From NCBI GenBank assembly GCA_018648805.1, contig JABGQM010000037.1:1-32000 (forward strand): DNA of 32,000 bases, written 5' to 3'. A program made the position numbers and the translations under genes. A model generated the notes under the pieces. The model did no database searches, was not told the DNA's origin, and worked only from the letters and a program-made list of their open reading frames with translations. This document shows, piece by piece, positions 24,468 to 32,000 of this stretch. Numbering within the stretch: the first letter of the stretch is position 1; each line of letters begins with the position of its first letter. The DNA is from Verrucomicrobiota bacterium. Lineage in GTDB: Bacteria; Verrucomicrobiota; Kiritimatiellia; UBA8416; JABMPJ01.

Positions 24468-25934
24468 ATGCAGGACGCGCTGGCACCGGCGATCGATATG
24501 TTGCTGATCATCTTGACGTTCTTCGTCAAGGTGGGACTTCTGCGCTCTGTGCTGCGTATGGTGGCTAAACACCAGGCCGACACCGGGTTCTTCAAGGCCG
24601 TCATCGTGACCGGCATGATCGCAGGCCTCTATGGCGTGCTCAGTTTCATGCTGCGCGATCCGCTGGGCCCGGTCGCCTTGGCCGCCACGTTCGTTGTGGC
24701 CTTCCTCCTGGTTCGCTTTCTCTGCTGGCTCACCTCGCGCAAGGCACTCTATGTGGCCCTGATCTACAGCACGCTCCTCATCGGGGTGAGCTTTGGGACG
24801 ATGAAGGCGGCCGACTGGGTGAAGCCGGATCGCGTCACGTTTCTCGAAGCCTCCGCCAACGCGAAGGAAGAGCTCTCGCGTATGCGGGTGAGTGAAGGCA
24901 AACCGATCGACTGGGAGTGGCTCTTCGCCACGGCGCTTGACGCGATTGCTCAACTGACCCGCCCCGGTGAAGTGGATCGGATGAACGCCGACATCGAACG
25001 GGGCATGGAGGTCTACCGTGAGCGCAGGCAGCAGATTGATGCGCTGGCGTCAGGGAGTCTGACGGATGGGCAACCGACTGCCTTGGACGCACTCTCGACC
25101 TTGGCAACGGGTGAGGTCGACGATGCCATGTTCAGCAGCGTCATGCTCTCGGATCTGGCATACGGTGCGACCTCAACGCCCCCCGCCTACATCTCCGAGG
25201 CACTTGCCCAAATCAGCTCCAACCTGACAGGCGAGGGCGGCATGGAGGCCCTGGCGGCGCTGATGGCGACCGGTTCGGTTACGACGGCCGCGCTCATGCA
25301 GGATGCCGCCGCATCCGATGGCCGCCGCACGGAAGCGCAGGACAGCAGGGCCATGCTGATTGCAGCGACGAAGAGCATCATGCAGAACATGGGTGTGATA
25401 GAGGGTGCATCCCTGACCAATGCGGCGATCGTGGACGAGGTGGCTGGGCAGCTCGGACATTTTGGGAAACTGGTTGCAGCGAAGCAGCTCGCGTCGCTAC
25501 AGGCGCCCGTGGCGCCCGTGGCGCCTCCGAAGGATATCACAACAGCAGAACCGGGGGCACCGACGGTTGCGGAGGCGCACCCGCCGCCCGTTCAGGTAGC
25601 CACAACGACCGTGACCCGCGCGTCATCCGGTGTGCGCGGGAATGCCGACGTGGCCCGACTGGGCGGGAGCCTGGTTCCCGAGTCGAAATTGGCCCCAGGC
25701 TCCGGCGTGGAGGTCCATCCCTCTTACGCCCTGCTCAAGGTGGATGGGGTGATGCGCGGTGCAGGGGGCCGCAAGATGATCCTGTGTAACGGGAAGATCA
25801 TCTCGGAGGGGCGTAGCGTCACAGTGGATCTCAACGGAACCAATTTCACCTGGCGCCTGGAGGCGGTGCGCAACGGGGTACCCGTGTGGCGACGCCTCGC
25901 GCGGACAGGATCGGACGGCGTTCTGGCCCTCTGA
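24468..25934 (+). CDS. Hypothetical membrane protein (4 N-terminal TM helices, low-complexity Ala/Thr/Ser-rich middle, small C-terminal beta domain)
   Basis: 488 aa. The TM helices are at about aa 8-30, 42-62, 68-90 and 96-116. The coding strand was chosen because the + frame gives coherent helices, while the overlapping - ORF is Arg/His/Gly-rich nonsense. I recognise no family. Confidence 0.6.
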   Translation: MQDALAPAIDMLLIILTFFVKVGLLRSVLRMVAKHQADTGFFKAVIVTGMIAGLYGVLSFMLRDPLGPVALAATFVVAFLLVRFLCWLTSRKALYVALIYSTLLIGVSFGTMKAADWVKPDRVTFLEASANAKEELSRMRVSEGKPIDWEWLFATALDAIAQLTRPGEVDRMNADIERGMEVYRERRQQIDALASGSLTDGQPTALDALSTLATGEVDDAMFSSVMLSDLAYGATSTPPAYISEALAQISSNLTGEGGMEALAALMATGSVTTAALMQDAAASDGRRTEAQDSRAMLIAATKSIMQNMGVIEGASLTNAAIVDEVAGQLGHFGKLVAAKQLASLQAPVAPVAPPKDITTAEPGAPTVAEAHPPPVQVATTTVTRASSGVRGNADVARLGGSLVPESKLAPGSGVEVHPSYALLKVDGVMRGAGGRKMILCNGKIISEGRSVTVDLNGTNFTWRLEAVRNGVPVWRRLARTGSDGVLAL

Positions 25935-26024
25935 CTGCTTTTATTCCACCTCCCCTTGTGGGATTCTCTGTGGTGCGCTAACTTGTAAAAGGAATGGGCA
26001 ACCGCCCAAACAGGAGAGTGATCG

Positions 26025-29000
26025 ATGCGTGGCTTTCGTTTTGCAGCTGTTGTTCTAGGTGTGTGTGGACTTCTGGCGGACCTGGTTCTGCCCGCCGCTG
26101 TGGCGGCCAAGCCGGCGGCCGAGGCACCGCAGGCCGATCCGGCCGAGGAACTCTATTTCAGCGCCAACGCGCTCTACAACCGCCGGCTTTACGAGCTGTC
26201 GGCCAGAGAATACCGCACCTTCCTCAAGGACTATTCCCGTCACAAGCGCAAGGCCAAGGCCGAACTCGGCTTGGCGCTGAGTCTGTATGCCCTGGGCGAC
26301 TACGCCGCGGCCGAACCGCTGCTGGCTAAGGCGGCCAAGGTTGGTAAGGACGAAATGGCCCAGCAGGTGGCGGTATTGCGCGGACAGAGTCTGCTCAAGC
26401 TCAAGCGGGCCGCCGAGGCGGAGAAGGTTTACCTGGCCGCCACCCGGACCAACAAGGGCCGCGCCCTGGCAGATGCCTGGGTCGGTTTGACCGAGGCCCG
26501 CTTTCAGCAGGAGAAGTGGAGCGACGTCATGTCCGCCGCGGCGGCCATGCTGAAGGCCGCCCCCACGCATCCGCATGCCGCACGCGTTCGCTTCCAAGAC
26601 GGTTTGGCGCGTTACCGCCTCGACAAATTCGCCGAGGCCGCCACCGTGCTTGAAAAGCTCAAGACGGTCAAGCAGGCACCCCTCCTGGTTCATCAGGCGC
26701 GCTTTCTCCTGGCCGAGTGCCGCCGCGAACTGGGTGAGCTGGACAAGGCCGCCGCAGAGTACACGGCCGCCGCGGCCGACAGCGAGGGCGCCTTTGCGGC
26801 CGAAGCTCGCTTCCGTCTCGGCTTTGTCCGCTTCGCGCAGAAGCGCTACGACGACGCGATCAAGGAGTTGAAGGCCTACCTCGCGGCCAACGCCACCGCA
26901 CCGCTGGCGCCGCGGGCCTCCCTTACGCTCGGTCAGGCCTATCTCGAAAAGAAGGCCTACAAGGAAGCCGAGGCCACGCTGACCCCCCTCGCCACGGCGG
27001 CCAAGCCGGATGTCGAGGCCGTCACCTGGCTGGCGCGCACCTACTCGCGCCAGCAGCGTATGGCCGATGCGGCGAAGGTTCTGGAGCGGGGCGTGCCGCA
27101 CGCGGCCAAAACGCCGCAGCTGCCGGGCATGCTCTTTGACCTGGGGCACGCGCAGCTGGCCCTGGAGCAGTATGCCCCGGCCGCCACCGCGTTCACACGC
27201 ATCACCGCGGAGTTCGCGGCGTGGGAACAGACCGCCGAGGCGGCCTATCTCGCCGCTCTGGCCCGGCATCGCGGCGGTGACTATGCCGGCAGTCTGACCG
27301 CCTGCACGACCTTTCCCGGCAAGCATCCCACACACACGCGCCTCCCCGATGCGGCCTTCATGCGGGCGGAGAATCTGCTGCTCCTTACCCGCGACGCCGA
27401 GGCGCTCAAGGCCTACGAGGGCTTTCTTGCGGCGCACGCCAAGCACACCAGCGTGCAGGCAGCATCCTTCCGCCTCGTACAGCTTCAGCACAAGCAGCAA
27501 GCCTGGCAGGCCGCCCTCGACCGCGCGATCCCTCTTGTGGCATCCACCGCCGCCACGGCGGGCAAGCCGGAAGGCGCCCTGTTCGCGCCCCTGCCTTTCC
27601 TGGTGGGCGACTGCTATTTCAATATCGAAAAGTGGGCCGATGCCATCACCCATCTCAAGACCTTCGTGGACAAACAGCCCACCGCGACCCATCGTGACGT
27701 AGCCCTCCTGAAACTTGGGCTGGCCTATTCGCATCTCGGCAAGACCGCCGAGGCCGTTAAGTCGCTCAGCGCCCTGGCCAGCGCCTATCCTAAGAGCGCG
27801 CAGCGTTCGGTGGGTCTGGTCGAACTCGGTCGCCTGCAGTACGAAGCCAAGCAGTATGCCCCGGCCCGTACCTCGTTCCAGGGCGTTAGCGCCACCGCGA
27901 CCGCCTCGGATGCATCGCGTGCTCAAGCGGCCTACTATCTCGGCTGGATCGCCCTGGCCGAGCAGAAGGACGCCGATGCGGCGACGCACTTCACGACCGT
28001 TATCCAGAAGCATGCCGCCAGTCCCCTCGTGGCTGATTCCCTGCTGCAGCTCGGCAGCGTGCAGCTCAAAACCAAGAGCTATCCGGCGGCAGCCATCACA
28101 TTGACCCGCCTGGTGAAGGAGTTTCCGCCGTATGAGAAGGCCGACCACGCGCTTTACAGTCTGGGCGTGTCCATGGCGCGGCAGGAGCAGTGGGCGGCCG
28201 CAGGCACCCATTTCACGGCGCTAGTCAAGAAGCATGCCGCCTCTGCGCTGCGCGACCGCGCGCTCTATGAAGGTGCCTGGTGCGCCAAGCGACAGGAACA
28301 GCCCGAGGCTGCCATGCAGCAGTATAGCGACCTGCTGCGCGACTTCCCGCAGAGTGAGCTGGCCGCCCGCGCCGCCTTTGAGCTGGCCGAGCTGGAGTTC
28401 GAAGCCGCCCGCTATGCCGAGGCGATCCAGCGACTCGACAAACTGCTGCCGCTGATCAAGGACAAGGATCTCAAGGAGCAAGCGCTCTACCGCCTGGCGT
28501 GGTGTCACTTCAACAAGGAGGATGCCGCCCGGGCCGCGGTCACGTTCGAGAAGCTGCTGGCCGAGTTTCCCAAGACCCGCTTCCTGGCCCACGCCGCCTT
28601 CCAGGCCGGCGAGGCACGCATGCAGCTCAAAGAGCACCCCGCCGCACGCACCCACTTTGCGAAGGCCGCTGCCCTGCCCAACGAGAAAGAGGTCCACGAG
28701 CTGGCCCTCCTGCGACTGGGCGAAACATGCGCCCTGACCCAGCAGTGGCCGCAGGCCGAGCAAGCCTACCAGGCCCTGCTCAAAACCTACGCACAAGGCG
28801 AATGGGCACGGCGCGCCCAGCTCGGCCTGGGATGGGCCCGTGAGAATCAACGCAAGTATGCGCCCGCGATCGAGGCCTACACGACCGTGGTCCGCGGCAC
28901 CCAGCGTGACGAAACCGCCGCGCGTTGCCAGTTCCAGATCGGGGAGTGCCTCTTTGCACTCAACAAGCATGACGAGGCCATCCAGGCCCTGGTCAAGGTC

Positions 29001-29186
29001 AGCGTGGCCTATGGCTATCCGCAATGGAGTGCCAAGGCGCTGCTCGAAACCGGCCGCGTCCTGGAGAAGCAGGACAAGCGCGATCACGCCCGCGAACAAT
29101 ATGAAGAAGTCGTGAAAACATATGCCGATAGTGATGCCGCCACGGTTGCCCGGGAGCGGCTGCAGGCATTGGGAACAGGCGAATAG
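26025..29186 (+). CDS. Large secreted TPR-repeat protein (YbgF/CpoB-like repeats)
   Basis: 1053 aa. The N-terminus is signal-peptide-like (MRGFRFAAVVLGVCGLLADLVLPAAVAA). After that, 34-40-aa A..Y..A/L..G.Y..A helical repeats run almost continuously, for example ALYRLAWCHFNKEDAARAAVTFEKLLAEFPKT. AGGAGA lies upstream of the ATG. Confidence 0.85.
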   Translation: MRGFRFAAVVLGVCGLLADLVLPAAVAAKPAAEAPQADPAEELYFSANALYNRRLYELSAREYRTFLKDYSRHKRKAKAELGLALSLYALGDYAAAEPLLAKAAKVGKDEMAQQVAVLRGQSLLKLKRAAEAEKVYLAATRTNKGRALADAWVGLTEARFQQEKWSDVMSAAAAMLKAAPTHPHAARVRFQDGLARYRLDKFAEAATVLEKLKTVKQAPLLVHQARFLLAECRRELGELDKAAAEYTAAAADSEGAFAAEARFRLGFVRFAQKRYDDAIKELKAYLAANATAPLAPRASLTLGQAYLEKKAYKEAEATLTPLATAAKPDVEAVTWLARTYSRQQRMADAAKVLERGVPHAAKTPQLPGMLFDLGHAQLALEQYAPAATAFTRITAEFAAWEQTAEAAYLAALARHRGGDYAGSLTACTTFPGKHPTHTRLPDAAFMRAENLLLLTRDAEALKAYEGFLAAHAKHTSVQAASFRLVQLQHKQQAWQAALDRAIPLVASTAATAGKPEGALFAPLPFLVGDCYFNIEKWADAITHLKTFVDKQPTATHRDVALLKLGLAYSHLGKTAEAVKSLSALASAYPKSAQRSVGLVELGRLQYEAKQYAPARTSFQGVSATATASDASRAQAAYYLGWIALAEQKDADAATHFTTVIQKHAASPLVADSLLQLGSVQLKTKSYPAAAITLTRLVKEFPPYEKADHALYSLGVSMARQEQWAAAGTHFTALVKKHAASALRDRALYEGAWCAKRQEQPEAAMQQYSDLLRDFPQSELAARAAFELAELEFEAARYAEAIQRLDKLLPLIKDKDLKEQALYRLAWCHFNKEDAARAAVTFEKLLAEFPKTRFLAHAAFQAGEARMQLKEHPAARTHFAKAAALPNEKEVHELALLRLGETCALTQQWPQAEQAYQALLKTYAQGEWARRAQLGLGWARENQRKYAPAIEAYTTVVRGTQRDETAARCQFQIGECLFALNKHDEAIQALVKVSVAYGYPQWSAKALLETGRVLEKQDKRDHAREQYEEVVKTYADSDAATVARERLQALGTGE

Positions 29187-29216
29187 GGGCGCCATAAAGC
29201 GCGCCGGGGAGTAAGA

Positions 29217-29972
29217 ATGATCCATCGTAGACCGAAATCCATACTGTTGATGAGCCTCCTGGCGGGACTTTTCGTGGTGACCGCCGTCATGGCACAGGTA
29301 GCGGCTGATCCCGCCGGTGATGGTCCGCCCGAACGGGAGAGCATGTTCGCCCTGATGCGCAAGGGCGGACCCGTGATGGTGCCGCTCGGCATCGCCTCGA
29401 TTGTCGCCCTGGCCCTCGCCATTGAACGCCTGCTCAGCCTGCGCCAGGTCAAGGTGATCCCGACCGGATTCATCCTGGGCCTGCGCGAGCAGATCACCCT
29501 CGATCCCGGCGGCGCCGGTGAGCACGGCATCCACTTCTGCGAGCGCCACGATGGTGCCGTGGGGCGCATCTTCAAGGCTGGCCTGCTCAAGCTGCACAAG
29601 GGCGAAGAGGCCGTTGAAAAAGCGGTTGAGGATGCCGGCAGTCGCGAAGTCGACAAGATGAAGCGCAGCCTGCGCGGCCTCTCCGTCATCGCCACCGTTT
29701 CGCCGCTACTGGGTCTGCTGGGAACAGTCTACGGGATGATTTCGGCTTTCCAGACCGCCACCGCGGTCGGCATGGGCAAAGCCGATGTCCTGGCCAAGGG
29801 CATCTACGAGGCACTGGTTACCACCGCGGCCGGGCTGACGATTGCCATTCCCGTGCTGCTGATCTTCCAGTATCTCAACTCGCGGGTCGATTCGCTGGTT
29901 GACGAAATCGACGAGATGGGGATTGAGTTCATGGCCTCCTGCGTGGACAACGACAAAGGATCAGACGCATGA
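29217..29972 (+). CDS. MotA/TolQ/ExbB proton-channel family protein
   Basis: 251 aa. It has three TM helices and the family motif LSVIATVSPLLGLLGTVYGMISAFQ. GGGGAG lies upstream of the ATG. Confidence 0.9.
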   Translation: MIHRRPKSILLMSLLAGLFVVTAVMAQVAADPAGDGPPERESMFALMRKGGPVMVPLGIASIVALALAIERLLSLRQVKVIPTGFILGLREQITLDPGGAGEHGIHFCERHDGAVGRIFKAGLLKLHKGEEAVEKAVEDAGSREVDKMKRSLRGLSVIATVSPLLGLLGTVYGMISAFQTATAVGMGKADVLAKGIYEALVTTAAGLTIAIPVLLIFQYLNSRVDSLVDEIDEMGIEFMASCVDNDKGSDA

Positions 29973-30382
29973 GAATTCGCAAGCCCCAGGAAGGCGACGC
30001 GGGCGTCATCAACATGTCGTCTCTGCTGGATGTCATGTTCATCCTGATCATCTTCTTCCTGGCCACCACCACCTTTCAGCAGGACGAACGCGACATCAAG
30101 GTCAACCTGCCCGAAAGTGCTGAAGGCCAGGCTCTGAGCTCCGCCGCCAAAGTGATTGTGATCAACGTTCGGGCCGACGGCACCTATGTCATGGCCAGCC
30201 AGGAAATTGCGGTAGAAGCCATGCAGACGGCGCTCTTCAACGCGATCCAGGCCGACCCGCAGCAGAAGGTGCTGATTCGCGGCGATCGCCAGGCCCTGCA
30301 TGGGCACGTGGCCATCGCGGTCTCGCTCTGCAAACGTGCCGGTGTCCACGAAGCCAACCTCGGTTACCAGTTACCCCGCTAA
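29969..30382 (+). CDS. ExbD/TolR biopolymer-transport protein
   Basis: 137 aa. INMSSLLDVMFILIIFFL is the N-terminal TM helix, and VIVINVRADGTYVM....I...A......V.IRGD....HG.V is the periplasmic domain. There is an ATGA overlap with the upstream gene. Confidence 0.9.
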   Translation: MRIRKPQEGDAGVINMSSLLDVMFILIIFFLATTTFQQDERDIKVNLPESAEGQALSSAAKVIVINVRADGTYVMASQEIAVEAMQTALFNAIQADPQQKVLIRGDRQALHGHVAIAVSLCKRAGVHEANLGYQLPR

Positions 30383-32000
30383 TGAGTTCTAGCCCGCAGC
30401 CAAGACGCGTCCGCTTCCGCCGCCCGATCCGCATCATCGCGATCGCCGCCGGCGTGCTGCTTGCCGTGGCCGGCCTGTGGGCGCTGCTCGCGCCGGGCAC
30501 TGCATGGCGCTACTACAGCGACGGCATCGCGATCCACCGGCCTGCCCGCGCGAGCGTGGTGCGCCGGGTGGTCTGGGAAGACCCCGCCCTGGTGGCGGGC
30601 ACCTTCAACGAGGCCGCCGATACCTACGAGCCCTGTATTTCGGCGGATGGCCGCCGCATGATCTTTACGCGCGGCCGCGCCCGCAACAACGCCGACTTGT
30701 ATAGCTGCACTTGGAACGGCAAGGCGTGGGGCGATCCCGTGGCGTTGGATGATTTAAACACCGCGGCCGACGAGCTCGGCCCCGCCCTCAGTGATGACGG
30801 CCAGCTGCTCTACTTCTATTCGGATCGCGACGGCAGCCGCGGTGGCTACGACATTTGGATCGCGCGCTGGGACGGCTTCACCTGGGTGGCCCCGACCAAT
30901 GCCGGGGAGGCCGTCAACTCGGTTTTCAACGAGTATGGTCCCGCCCTGGCCCCCGGAGGCGACCGGCTCTTCTTCTCATCCAACCGGCCGCGCCGTGAGC
31001 TGACCGACGCCGAGCGGCGGGCCTGGCAGGCCACCTTGCGCGAGGTCACCTTTCAGACCGACTACGATATCTTTGCCGTCACAATTTTGCCTGACGCAGG
31101 CTCCAATACCACCGCCCTGGCCGCCCTGCCGCATTTCGGGGAGGGCGATCGCGTGGCGCCGCTCAACTCGATGCAGGACGAGGGCCAGGTGGTCATCACC
31201 CCGCGCGGTGACTTCCTCTATTTCAGCTCCAACCGCGAGGACGGCCGGGGCGGCTTCGATCTCTACCGCTCGCGCCTGCTGCATGGCCGCATCCTGCCGC
31301 CCGAAAACCTGGGCGCCCCGATCAATACACCCTCCAACGAGATGGATCCAGCCCTGCGCCTGGAAGGGTTCGGCCTCGTCTTCAGCTCGAACCGCGAGCA
31401 GGCCGACCGGCTCGACTACCGGCTCTACACCTCCACCTCGCGCGATGTATTTGTGGAGTACAATCTCTCCCGCTGGAATCTGTTGTGGTGGTCCCTCATG
31501 CGCGTTAAGTGGTGGCTGATCATCCTGCTGGGCGCCCTGGCCCTGCTGACCTACCTCGTGCGCAACGTCACCAACCCTGAGCTGCGCCACCGGCGCAGCC
31601 TGCTGCACACCTGTCTGCTCGTCTCGGCCCTGGTGCATGCCCTGCTCCTGTTTGTGCTGGGCTTCTGGATCATCTCGACCGAGGTGCTCAAGACCCTGGC
31701 CGATCCAGCCATGCAGGTGGCGGTCGACCTGGATGCCCTGGCGCGTGAAAAGATCTCGCTGGATATCCGTGAAGAAGTCACCGCGCTGCCCGCCACGGCC
31801 GATACGCTCGTGGTCGAACAGGTTGAACGGCGCATGCCGATCCCCGAGCTGGCCCCGCCGGACCCGGCTACTCAGCCGATCGTGGCGCAGTCGGTTGTGC
31901 AGCCGATGGCCTTTGAGCTCCCGCCCGAGCCACAACCGGTACCGCGCGAAGCGGTGGCCATGGTCACGCCCGAAACCGTTGCGCGGCTCCCCGAGCTGGA
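30382..32000 (+). CDS. PD40/TolB-like beta-propeller fused to a TonB/TolA-like TM anchor and Pro-rich region (3'-partial; not in supplied ORF track)
   Basis: I translated this by hand. The ATG at 30382 overlaps the exbD TAA (TAATG), and the frame stays open to the window end (539+ aa). It starts with an N-terminal TM helix (IRIIAIAAGVLLAVAGLWALL). About 5 PD40-type repeats follow: YEPCISADGRRMIFTR, LGPALSDDGQLLYFYSDRDGSRGGYDIWIA, EYGPALAPGGDRLFFSSNR, PRGDFLYFSSNREDGRGGFDLYRS and EMDPALRLEGFGLVFSSNRE. Two more TM helices come next, the second carrying S415-x3-H419. A Pro-rich stretch (PIPELAPPDPATQP...ELPPEPQPVP) ends the visible part. Confidence 0.7.
   Translation, partial: MSSSPQPRRVRFRRPIRIIAIAAGVLLAVAGLWALLAPGTAWRYYSDGIAIHRPARASVVRRVVWEDPALVAGTFNEAADTYEPCISADGRRMIFTRGRARNNADLYSCTWNGKAWGDPVALDDLNTAADELGPALSDDGQLLYFYSDRDGSRGGYDIWIARWDGFTWVAPTNAGEAVNSVFNEYGPALAPGGDRLFFSSNRPRRELTDAERRAWQATLREVTFQTDYDIFAVTILPDAGSNTTALAALPHFGEGDRVAPLNSMQDEGQVVITPRGDFLYFSSNREDGRGGFDLYRSRLLHGRILPPENLGAPINTPSNEMDPALRLEGFGLVFSSNREQADRLDYRLYTSTSRDVFVEYNLSRWNLLWWSLMRVKWWLIILLGALALLTYLVRNVTNPELRHRRSLLHTCLLVSALVHALLLFVLGFWIISTEVLKTLADPAMQVAVDLDALAREKISLDIREEVTALPATADTLVVEQVERRMPIPELAPPDPATQPIVAQSVVQPMAFELPPEPQPVPREAVAMVTPETVARLPEL

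Noticed and set aside
25502-25528. Tandem 9-mer GGCGCCCGT x2 plus a partial third copy
   Set aside because: It lies inside the 24468-25934 CDS and simply encodes (APV)2APP in a low-complexity region. It is not a CRISPR or regulatory repeat.
26055-29597. 718-aa (26055-28211) and 458-aa (28221-29597) ORFs on the - strand
   Set aside because: Both are antisense to the TPR protein and exbB. Their translations are Gly/Arg/Leu-rich low-complexity strings, whereas the + frame gives a signal peptide and regular TPR helices.
30976-31935. 319-aa ORF on the - strand in the supplied track
   Set aside because: It is antisense to the open + frame starting at 30382, which has PD40 repeats, TM helices and translational coupling to exbD. 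The - strand translation is Arg/Gly/His/Gln-rich with no recognisable motif, which is a typical high-GC antisense artefact.

Overview
This is a GC-rich, densely coding bacterial chromosomal segment with about 31 protein genes and one tRNA. I saw no rRNA, CRISPR array, transposase or integrase. All calls come from reading the supplied translations and DNA by eye and recognising family motifs from memory; no searches were run. The gene content suggests an anaerobic, sugar-fermenting organism, possibly a PVC-type lineage such as Kiritimatiellia, but that placement is speculation. Supporting content includes a Na+-translocating oxaloacetate decarboxylase (oadGBA), DgoA, sugar-phosphate isomerase, MFS and Na/Pi transporters, and AraC.

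Main points:
1. A complete hgcA-hgcB mercury-methylation gene pair lies at 11271-12571. It has the exact HgcA cap-helix signature NVWCAAGK and the HgcB CMECGAC ferredoxin signature. It sits in a same-strand run between a long nucleotide-sugar dehydrogenase and an Fe-S aldo/keto reductase. A DUF1638 protein, a URO-D-like protein and a radical-SAM protein lie a few kb upstream.
2. A Tol/Ton-like envelope operon (26025 to the window end) encodes a 1053-aa TPR protein, then ExbB/TolQ, then ExbD/TolR. The last gene is absent from the ORF track because it runs off the window. It appears to fuse a PD40/TolB-like beta-propeller to a TonB/TolA-type SxxxH transmembrane helix and a Pro-rich linker.
3. 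A higBA toxin-antitoxin pair sits in a visibly lower-GC patch directly downstream of tRNA-Thr(CGU).

Many long ORFs in the track are antisense or alternate-frame artefacts of the high GC content and were rejected.
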